Assembly (NCBI GenBank): GCA_049967475.1
Contig: JBMFSQ010000048.1
Location: 1 to 12,883 of the forward strand
From: Chthonomonadales bacterium
Lineage (GTDB): Bacteria > Armatimonadota > Chthonomonadetes > Chthonomonadales > CAJBBX01
Direction of reading: 5' to 3'
DNA length: 12,883 nucleotides
A program made the position numbers and the translations under genes. Positions 1 to 7,656 of this stretch are shown piece by piece; the first letter of the stretch is position 1; every line of letters starts with the position of its first letter. The notes beneath the pieces were generated by a model. It had not been told where the DNA came from and made no database searches. It saw only the letters and a program-made list of their open reading frames with translations.

Positions 1-50
1 GTGCCGATATTCACGTGCGGCTTGGTACGCTCAAATCGCTGCTTGGCCAT
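1..50 (-). CDS. tuf: Elongation factor Tu, N-terminal fragment (runs off the window edge)
   Basis: Manual translation from the ATG at 50 gives MAKQRFERTKPHVNIG(T), the canonical EF-Tu N-terminus. GGAGG SD at 59-63; lies 30 nt downstream of fusA. Not in the ORF track. Confidence 0.97.
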   Translation of the reverse strand, partial: MAKQRFERTKPHVNIG

Positions 51-80
51 GGATGCATCCTCCGGTTTGGATCCGCCCAA

Positions 81-2174
81 TCATCTGTTGATCAATTGCC
101 TGCCTTGGGATCTGGCTATGATTTCATCCGCGAGATTACGGGGCACCTCTTCGTAGTGCGAGGGTTCCACCGTTGGATCCGCGCGGCCCTGCGTGAGGGA
201 ACGGAGCGCCGTAACGTACCCGAACAACTCGGCCAAGGGCACCTGAGCCTTGATCACCTGCATGCCGCCGGGACCCGGTTCCATGCCTTCGATGCGGCCG
301 CGGCGCGAGTTGATGTCACCGATAACGTCGCCCATGAACTGCTCGGGCGTTACCACTTCTACGGACATGATGGGCTCTTTGAGCACGGGCGCGGCTTTCC
401 GGCAGGCTGCCTTAAAAGTCATCGAGGCTGCGATCTTGAAGGCCATCTCCGACGAGTCCACTTCATGGTACGAGCCGTCCACTACGGTAACCCGCACATC
501 CACCACGGGGTACCCGGCCAGTACCCCGCTGTCCATGGCCTCGCGCACCCCGGCTTCAATCGCCGGGATGTATTCCTTGGGAATCACTCCGCCCACGATC
601 TTGTTCACAAACTCAAAGCCGCCTCCGGGCTCCAACGGCTCTACCAGCAATTCACAATCGCCGTATTGCCCCCGGCCGCCCGTCTGGCGCTTGTAGGGCT
701 CCCGGGCGCGGGCCGGCCGAGTTATGGTCTCCCGATAGGCAACCTGGGGAGCGCCCTGGTTCACTTCCACGCCGAATTCCCGGCGCATGCGGTCCACCAT
801 AATCTCCAAGTGAAGCTCACCCACGCCGGAAATGATGGTTTGCCCGGTTTCGGGGTCTGTGCTGGCGCGGAAGGTAGGATCTTCCGATGTGAGCTTCTGA
901 AGAGCCACACCCAGCCGCTCTTGATCCGCCTTCGTCTTGGGCTCGATGGCCAGCGAAATCACCGGATCTCGGAATTGAATGGACTCCAGCAGGATGGGCT
1001 GCGCCTCGTCGCAGAGCGTGTCCCCGGTAGTGGCGAACTGCAGCCCCACGGCGGCGGCAATCTCCCCGGCGTAAACGGTGTCCACATCTTCTCGGGTGTT
1101 GGCGTGCATCCTCAAAATGCGGCCTACGCGCTCTTTCTTCTGTTTGGTGGAGTTATAGACCGCTGCCCCCTTGGGAAGCGTGCCCGAATACACGCGCAAG
1201 AAGGTGAGGGTGCCGAAACGATCGGTAACGATCTTGAAGGCCAAAGCCGAGAACGGCTCGTCGTCGGCAGGGCGGCGGCTGATCGCCTCACCCGTGCGCG
1301 GATCCACACCCCGCACAGGACCGATATCTACCGGCGAGGGAAGGTAGTCTATCACGGCATCCAGCAGCGGTTGAACGCCCTTGTTCTTGTAAGCCGATCC
1401 ACAGGTAACCGGCACGATCTTCCCTGCCACAGTCCCCTTACGCAGGCCTCTGCGGATCTCGTCGGGAGTTATCTTGTCCCCTTCCAAAAACTTTTCGATG
1501 AGGAGGTCGTCCCATTCTGCGGCAGCTTCCACCAGCTTCTCTCGCCATTTGAGGGCTTCGTCCATCATCTCCGGCGGAACGGGAACCACCTCGTATTCGC
1601 GCCCGTCATCTCCGTGGTACACGTAAGCCTGCATGGCCACGAGATCCACCACTCCGCGGAAGCCGGCTTCTACGCCGATGGGCAGTTGGATCGGCACAGC
1701 ATTGGCGCCCAAACGCTCGCGCATCTTTTCCACTACCGAGAAGAAGTTGGCGCCCATGCGGTCCATCTTGTTCACGAAGGCGATGCGCGGCACACCGTAT
1801 TTGCTGGCCTGTCTCCACACTGTTTCGGACTGGGGCTGAACGCCTCCTACGGCGCAGAAGACGGCCACCACTCCATCCAGAACGCGCATCGAGCGCTCCA
1901 CTTCTACGGTGAAGTCTACGTGGCCCGGCGTGTCTATGATGTTGATGCGGTGGTCCTTCCAGAAGCAGGTTGTTGCGGCGGAGGTGATGGTGATGCCCCG
2001 CTCCTGCTCCTGTTCCATATAGTCCATCACCGCGGTGCCTTCGTGAACCTCACCGATCTTATAGGTGCGCCCCGTGTAGTAGAGGATGCGCTCGGTGGTG
2101 GTCGTCTTGCCCGCGTCTATATGGGCCGCGATGCCGATATTCCTTGTTTTCTCCAGCGAGTATTCTCGTGCCAT
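81..2174 (-). CDS. fusA: Elongation factor G
   Basis: Motifs [43 protein letters not shown] and [13 protein letters not shown]. Start placed at MAREYSLEK (2174) rather than the ORF-track start at 2186. Confidence 0.99.
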   Translation of the reverse strand: MAREYSLEKTRNIGIAAHIDAGKTTTTERILYYTGRTYKIGEVHEGTAVMDYMEQEQERGITITSAATTCFWKDHRINIIDTPGHVDFTVEVERSMRVLDGVVAVFCAVGGVQPQSETVWRQASKYGVPRIAFVNKMDRMGANFFSVVEKMRERLGANAVPIQLPIGVEAGFRGVVDLVAMQAYVYHGDDGREYEVVPVPPEMMDEALKWREKLVEAAAEWDDLLIEKFLEGDKITPDEIRRGLRKGTVAGKIVPVTCGSAYKNKGVQPLLDAVIDYLPSPVDIGPVRGVDPRTGEAISRRPADDEPFSALAFKIVTDRFGTLTFLRVYSGTLPKGAAVYNSTKQKKERVGRILRMHANTREDVDTVYAGEIAAAVGLQFATTGDTLCDEAQPILLESIQFRDPVISLAIEPKTKADQERLGVALQKLTSEDPTFRASTDPETGQTIISGVGELHLEIMVDRMRREFGVEVNQGAPQVAYRETITRPARAREPYKRQTGGRGQYGDCELLVEPLEPGGGFEFVNKIVGGVIPKEYIPAIEAGVREAMDSGVLAGYPVVDVRVTVVDGSYHEVDSSEMAFKIAASMTFKAACRKAAPVLKEPIMSVEVVTPEQFMGDVIGDINSRRGRIEGMEPGPGGMQVIKAQVPLAELFGYVTALRSLTQGRADPTVEPSHYEEVPRNLADEIIARSQGRQLINR

Positions 2175-2230
2175 GCTTCCGTCCATTCCAAAGGCCGGCG
2201 AGGGATTTTCCCGAAGGCCGGCCGCGTCTT

Positions 2231-2258
2231 CCAGCCTCCGGCCCTCGGCCTCCGGCCT
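2231..2258. repeat. Four imperfect tandem heptamers in the rpsG-fusA spacer
   Basis: Minus strand AGGCCGG AGGCCGA GGGCCGG AGGCTGG. Confidence 0.6.
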
Positions 2259-2266
2259 TCAGAACG

Positions 2267-2785
<519 letters not shown>

Positions 2786-2804
2786 TCAGTCAAAAACGCG
2801 CAGC

Positions 2805-3176
2805 TTACTTGGGCTTCTTGGTTCCGTATTTGGAGCGACTGGTTTTGCGGTCGCGTGTGCCGGCGGCATCCAAGGTTCCGCGCACCACATGGTACCGAAC
2901 GCCGGGCAGATCCTTTACGCGCCCTCCGCGGACCATCACTACGGAGTGCTCCTGCAAATTGTGCCCGATGCCGGGAATGTAGGCCGTTACCTCCATACCG
3001 TTGGTCAACCGCACGCGGGCGATTTTCCGCAGCGCAGAATTCGGCTTCTTGGGTGACACGGTGCGCACCACCAGGCACACACCCCGCTTGAATGGATTGC
3101 CACGCAAGGCCGGTGCGGCGCTCTTCTTCTTGAGGCGCTGGCGGCCCTTTCGCACCAGTTGGTTTATGGTCGGCAT
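2805..3176 (-). CDS. rpsL: 30S ribosomal protein S12
   Basis: [42 protein letters not shown] immediately upstream. Confidence 0.99.
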   Translation of the reverse strand: MPTINQLVRKGRQRLKKKSAAPALRGNPFKRGVCLVVRTVSPKKPNSALRKIARVRLTNGMEVTAYIPGIGHNLQEHSVVMVRGGRVKDLPGVRYHVVRGTLDAAGTRDRKTSRSKYGTKKPK

Positions 3177-3403
3177 ACGCTCCTCCAGGCCGCTGCACGC
3201 GCCCGAACGCCGCGCGGCCTTTCCCGATCAACCTCTTCTAGAAACAGAAACGGCCCTCTCGCACACAGGGAGGGGCCGCGGACACGCTTTGTTGCATTGC
3301 GAAGTCCTCTCAACGCACTTGGGGAGAGTGAGCCCCCCGGCGGCCTCCATGTGTGTGCGGTTTAGCAGCCGGCGCGCCCGAATTCGACCGAGCCCGCGCA
3401 AAC
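3177..3403 (-). ncRNA. Putative structured cis-regulatory leader RNA of the str operon
   Basis: About 225 nt between the predicted start site and rpsL. Contains several stems, a terminator, and a segment (3340-3359) complementary to the terminator 5' arm and loop (3260-3279). Confidence 0.5.
3240..3278 (-). terminator. Intrinsic terminator-like hairpin inside the rpsL 5' leader (possible attenuator)
   Basis: Minus strand CGGCCCCTC-cctgtgtgc-GAGAGGGCCG followed by TTTCTGTTTCT, between the promoter and the rpsL SD. Confidence 0.6.
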
Positions 3404-3409
3404 CTGCAT

Positions 3410-3439
3410 AGTATAACCCATTGCTCGGAAGCGTGTCAA
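3410..3439 (-). promoter_or_regulatory. Sigma70-type promoter of the str operon
   Basis: Minus strand TTGACA (3439-3434), 18-nt spacer, TATACT (3415-3410); predicted start site near 3403. Confidence 0.8.
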
Positions 3440-3493
3440 CAGGTTGGAGGCGCAGGCGCAAAATCTACCCGCCGGGGCGGGAGGGGCGCGCAG

Positions 3494-5173
3494 CTAACTT
3501 CGGCCGCGCGCCCCGATCTCGGTTATCCCGGCAAGCGAGGTGCAGATCGGGGAGAGTGCATCCGCCCTTCGCTCCTTTGTTTGTACGGATGCTCCAGCCC
3601 CAGCGTTCCCGCCCGGCCTGCTCCCGGAGAGCCATTCCTCTCGCCGAGCCGCGGCTGCAGCATCGGCGCCATCTACAGCTTCCAGGGTCCACGATGCCCC
3701 CCAATCCTCCCTCAGGCGAAGCCCTACGGCGGCAAGGCACTCATTGTAAGGGAGCTCATCGGTAGACGTCGTGAGCCGGTCATAGAATGGCCCAAGCTGC
3801 GGGCCACCGATCCGAACTACGGCCTCCCGAAGCTCCTGGGGACTGTATCCGCGCTTCGGCAGGGCATAATGAGCGTAAAGAAAACGCATCACGTCATCGA
3901 GGCTCCGCCGCCCATCGGTAGCCTGGCGGATGCGCAAATCCAAGCACAGCCCCATCAGCTCACCTTTTAGGTAGTACGACAGCCCGCCATAGCCCGCGCT
4001 GTTTCCCTCATCCCACACCCGCATGCTCGCTTCCTCGGCAGTTATCCGCCTCCGAGCAGGGTTGCGCTGCAATGCCCCAATCGAACGGGCGAGACCCGCC
4101 AGATATGCGCCCCGGGTGATGAGGCCAGCTCTACACAGAGATAGGTCGCCGTAATAACTGGTGACGCCCTCGCAGAACCACAACGAAGGGGTGCGCGGCG
4201 GATTGATGTAATCGAAGGGACCAAGGACGTCCGGCCGAATGCGCTTGACATTCCAAAGGTGGAAGAACTCATGCGCCGCCATGGAAGCCATGATGCGCCA
4301 CGGCGCCCCACGCGGCCATGCGATGCGGCAACTGTTGAGGTGCTCCAACCCGCCGCCGGGACCGTCTACATCGAAGAAGAACACGTAACGCTCGTAAGGC
4401 GGCCCGCCCATAAGGCGGTTCTCTTCTTCTACGATGCGGCGCAAGATGGGCACAAAGCCATCCACATCCAACCTGGAGATGGCCCGAAAGAATGCCGCAG
4501 TATGCGGCCGCCCGGCAGCCTGAAATTCCTTCGTAACAAACTTGCCCGCAAGGAGCGGAGCGTCGGCGAGGGTGTCATAGTCCGGAGCATCATATACACC
4601 CGCGTGGCCCTCATCTTCCGGCAGGGGAACCAAAACGCGCTGCCATCCTGCAGGTAAATGTACCGACACGGAACAGGCGTCGTTCTTGTGCCCTACAATA
4701 TAAAGGTAAAGAGCCGGCCCGTTGTAGAAGGCAAAGTCCTCCTGAACCAGCACGTTCTCACAGAAAATGCCCGGAGGCTCGTTGGGCAGATCATAACTCA
4801 GCACCAGGTTCCCTGCGGGCATGACCACCTGCCAGGTGTTCGCATCGGGGTGGTTTACCGCAACAGCCGACCCATCGGCGGACCGCGCCGCCACGTTCCG
4901 CACGTACTGCGCGAAGTCCTGCACGTGATAGTCGCCTGGGGACCACCGAGGCATCTGGAACGAGAGGAGGTCTCCAGGTTTGCCACCCGTCACCTCCAGG
5001 CGCACATGCGTTACTGCTGCGGATTGCGCCGTGGGCGGACCTGGAGTTACCTGATACCGTAGGTGCAGAGCCGCGCACCGCGCGCCGGATGCTACCAGAA
5101 CGCACGCAATCAGCGCCACAGCCACCCTGGCAAGGGGCCTCCAGGGCGAGCACGCCGATCGGTTAGGCTCCAT
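3494..5173 (-). CDS. M61 family (glycyl aminopeptidase-like) zinc metallopeptidase, predicted secreted
   Basis: N-terminal hydrophobic signal; M61-type motifs MPRWSPGDY, GGGLEHLNS, AHEFFHLWNVKRIRP (HEXXH), LWFCEGVTSYY, SYYLKG. Overlaps the upstream gene by 11 nt. Confidence 0.93.
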   Translation of the reverse strand: MEPNRSACSPWRPLARVAVALIACVLVASGARCAALHLRYQVTPGPPTAQSAAVTHVRLEVTGGKPGDLLSFQMPRWSPGDYHVQDFAQYVRNVAARSADGSAVAVNHPDANTWQVVMPAGNLVLSYDLPNEPPGIFCENVLVQEDFAFYNGPALYLYIVGHKNDACSVSVHLPAGWQRVLVPLPEDEGHAGVYDAPDYDTLADAPLLAGKFVTKEFQAAGRPHTAAFFRAISRLDVDGFVPILRRIVEEENRLMGGPPYERYVFFFDVDGPGGGLEHLNSCRIAWPRGAPWRIMASMAAHEFFHLWNVKRIRPDVLGPFDYINPPRTPSLWFCEGVTSYYGDLSLCRAGLITRGAYLAGLARSIGALQRNPARRRITAEEASMRVWDEGNSAGYGGLSYYLKGELMGLCLDLRIRQATDGRRSLDDVMRFLYAHYALPKRGYSPQELREAVVRIGGPQLGPFYDRLTTSTDELPYNECLAAVGLRLREDWGASWTLEAVDGADAAAAARREEWLSGSRPGGNAGAGASVQTKERRADALSPICTSLAGITEIGARGRS

Positions 5174-5573
5174 GTTTGTTCAGGCGTGGAGCCAACAACG
5201 GAAGCGTGTTGCGCAGGTTCACGAGCCACCGCCGACCCAATTCCTGGGGTGTGGTGGAATTCGCCTCTGCGTCCTGCCGCGTCACCGTCACCAGCAGCCG
5301 ATTGCGGACCGTGATGACGACTTCACCGCCCAGCGTCTTCAAAGCGATATCCTCGGCGCCCAACCGCGCTTCACCTTCCGAAAGGATATTCGTGAGGCGC
5401 TCGTCCAGAGCTTCCACCCGCTCCTGCGGCGTCATGCCTCCTGCGGTGGCGTGCAGCCGCAACACCTGCCTGCCTGCAACAGACCACACCGCATCGTCTG
5501 CCCGGCACCTCAGGGGCACACTCGCGATGCATACGGCACCCAGCGCCACGAGCCCTATTCCTCGTACCGTCAT
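5163..5573 (-). CDS. Small secreted/periplasmic hypothetical protein (136 aa)
   Basis: Signal-peptide-like N-terminus and GGAG SD; fills the gap between two co-oriented genes. The pattern 'P.ER...L..RL ... LLVTVT..DA ... L...W...L' recalls N-terminal periplasmic domains of some MscS-like proteins (from memory, unverified). Confidence 0.8.
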   Translation of the reverse strand: MTVRGIGLVALGAVCIASVPLRCRADDAVWSVAGRQVLRLHATAGGMTPQERVEALDERLTNILSEGEARLGAEDIALKTLGGEVVITVRNRLLVTVTRQDAEANSTTPQELGRRWLVNLRNTLPLLAPRLNKHGA

Positions 5574-5598
5574 ATCGGTTCTCCAATTCCTTCCCTTG

Positions 5599-6366
5599 TT
5601 ACGGCAATGACCTGCCCGGCGTTATCCGGGGCCACACCTCCGCTCGGCGAAACCCTTCGGCATACCGCACGCCGCACTGCAGCCCCCGAAAGCGGGCAGT
5701 CACGGTTACAAATTCAACGATATCAATGCCGTTGTAGTCTCCCAGCCACTCCAACTGGCTCTGGTGGCATCGCAGCATGGCCAACTTCGTATCCAGCGTG
5801 TTCGTGATATCCACGTATTCCGTGGGTTGGAAGTCCAAACCCGCCAGTGTATCCATATAATACAACGGAGGAATGGCATTATGGTAGGGTGAAGCCGTCT
5901 CCACGTGGGGCACAGCCGCCATAAAGGATGCCACAAACACAAGGTCGCTTACCGTTCGGTGGTCCTGATGGTAATCGTTGGGGGCATGGGTGATGATGAC
6001 ATCGGGACGCGCCGAACGCACCATCTCGATGAAGCGCATGCGGGTGTCGTGGTCTGCGTAAAGATACTCATCGGGATACCCTAGGAAGATGAGTTCGGCG
6101 CCAAGCGTCGCTGCGGAAGCCCGGGCTTCTGCTTCGCGAACTTCGGCCAAACGCGCCGGAGACAGGGTCTTGCTTCCCATGTTTCCGTTGGTGGCCACAC
6201 AAAGGACCACCGTGTCTCCCCGGGCTACGCATCGGGCGAGTGTGCCGGCGCAGAGGATTTCAATGTCATCCGGATGAGCACCCACGGCAAGGACGCGCCG
6301 CCCACCCGCTCCTTCATTCAGATCTCCCATGCCGAATTCCTTCACAGGCGCCGAGGACGGCCTCAT
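5599..6366 (-). CDS. PIG-L/LmbE family deacetylase
   Basis: VLAVGAHPDD and DYHQDH metal-binding motifs, REAEARAS, CHQSQ. Start is either 6366 (ATGA overlap with the upstream stop) or 6330 (AAGGA SD). Confidence 0.92.
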   Translation of the reverse strand: MRPSSAPVKEFGMGDLNEGAGGRRVLAVGAHPDDIEILCAGTLARCVARGDTVVLCVATNGNMGSKTLSPARLAEVREAEARASAATLGAELIFLGYPDEYLYADHDTRMRFIEMVRSARPDVIITHAPNDYHQDHRTVSDLVFVASFMAAVPHVETASPYHNAIPPLYYMDTLAGLDFQPTEYVDITNTLDTKLAMLRCHQSQLEWLGDYNGIDIVEFVTVTARFRGLQCGVRYAEGFRRAEVWPRITPGRSLP

Positions 6367-7499
6367 GTTCGCCGTAGCATCTGGCGCAGCTCAGTGGGGT
6401 TCCCGGCAAAGAGGAGCGCCTCCTCATACGAGATGTGCTTCGCCTGGTAGAGCTTCTCCAGCGCCTGGTTCATGGTATTCATGCCGAAGTGGTGGCCATC
6501 ACGGATAGATGCGTACAGCTCCCCAGTGTCTCCCTCTTCGATCTGCTTGCGCACTGTGGGAGAATTCGTCATCACTTCCACTGCCGGCATCCTTCCGTGG
6601 CCCGAGATGCGCCGGACCAGGCGTTGAGAGGTGACGCACAGCAGAGACGCGGCAAGTTGTGTGGCCACTTGCCCCCGAAGGTGCTGGGGAAAGCTGTTGA
6701 GGATGCGGTCCACCGTGGCCGCAGCCGACACGGTATGAAGCGTGGTGATGACCAGATGCCCAATCTCCGCAGCCGTCATCGCCACATCCATCGTCTCGGC
6801 ATCCCGAAGCTCTCCTATGGCAATCACGTCCGGCGTCTGTCGCGTAACGCTCCGCAGCGCCGAAGCGAAGGACCTGGTGTCCGTGCCTACTTCCCGTTGA
6901 TGGATCACGCTCTTTTTGTCGGTGAACACGTATTCAACGGGATCCTCGATGGTGAAGATGTTGCACGGCCGCTTACGGTTGATTTCTTCGATGATGGCGG
7001 CCATCGTTGTGGTCTTGCCGCTGCCGGTAGGTCCGGTAATGACGATGAGCCCCTGCGGCTGGAGCGCCATCTCCTTCAGCACCGCCGGCAGGTTCAGCTC
7101 CTCGATGGTGTAGGGATGTAAGGGGATGATGCGCAGGGCAGCCCCGATGGTACCGCGCTGCAGAAACAGGTTCGCGCGCACACGCACGAGCTTGGGAACG
7201 GTGAACACCAAATCAATCTCGCGGCGGTCCTGCAGTTCCTGCATGCGCTCTTCGGCGTCTTCAACCTCGGCCTCGGCGGTGTCCTCTTCGGCATCGCCTT
7301 GCTGAAGCATCCGGTCTCTGCCGGCGCTGTAAATGATGCTGTACGCAAGTTCCCGCGTGTCTCCGGCCGAGAGCGCGGGTAGATCCGTGGTCTCCATCCG
7401 GCCGTCCACACGAATTGCAGGCGGAGCCCCCGCCTTGAGAAGTAAGTCTGACGCGCGCCGCTTGAGGGCTACCTCCAGCAGCTCATGGATGCTCTTCAT
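6363..7499 (-). CDS. PilT/PilU family type IV pilus retraction ATPase
   Basis: ASDL.LKAG, Walker A GPTGSGKTT, Asp box TIEDPVE, QREVG.DT..F, Walker B region PDVIAIGELRD, His box GHLVITTLH, SQRL, GMNTMNQAL. Confidence 0.93.
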   Translation of the reverse strand: MKSIHELLEVALKRRASDLLLKAGAPPAIRVDGRMETTDLPALSAGDTRELAYSIIYSAGRDRMLQQGDAEEDTAEAEVEDAEERMQELQDRREIDLVFTVPKLVRVRANLFLQRGTIGAALRIIPLHPYTIEELNLPAVLKEMALQPQGLIVITGPTGSGKTTTMAAIIEEINRKRPCNIFTIEDPVEYVFTDKKSVIHQREVGTDTRSFASALRSVTRQTPDVIAIGELRDAETMDVAMTAAEIGHLVITTLHTVSAAATVDRILNSFPQHLRGQVATQLAASLLCVTSQRLVRRISGHGRMPAVEVMTNSPTVRKQIEEGDTGELYASIRDGHHFGMNTMNQALEKLYQAKHISYEEALLFAGNPTELRQMLRRT

Positions 7500-7656
7500 T
7501 CATTGCCTGTCCCATAAGATTGGGGGAAGCCGCCTCCGCCGAAGCCTCCCCAACGATTAGACGCGCCCCACCGCTGGAACGTTCGCCGCGGAGGAACGGA
7601 CATCGGCCCTGACTCAACCTCTTTTATCGGTAAAAGGATGAAGGCCGGCTTACTCC

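Noticed and set aside
51..60. Perfect palindrome GGATGCATCC before the tuf start
   Set aside because: Only 10 nt with no room for a loop; compatible with chance.
2805..3176. Streptomycin-resistance allele of rpsL
   Set aside because: The PKKPNS and RVKDLP motifs are wild type.
3240..3403. 6S RNA, SRP RNA or known riboswitch interpretation of the rpsL leader
   Set aside because: The 5' and 3' ends do not form the 6S closing stem, and I recognised no SRP GGAA loop or riboswitch consensus.
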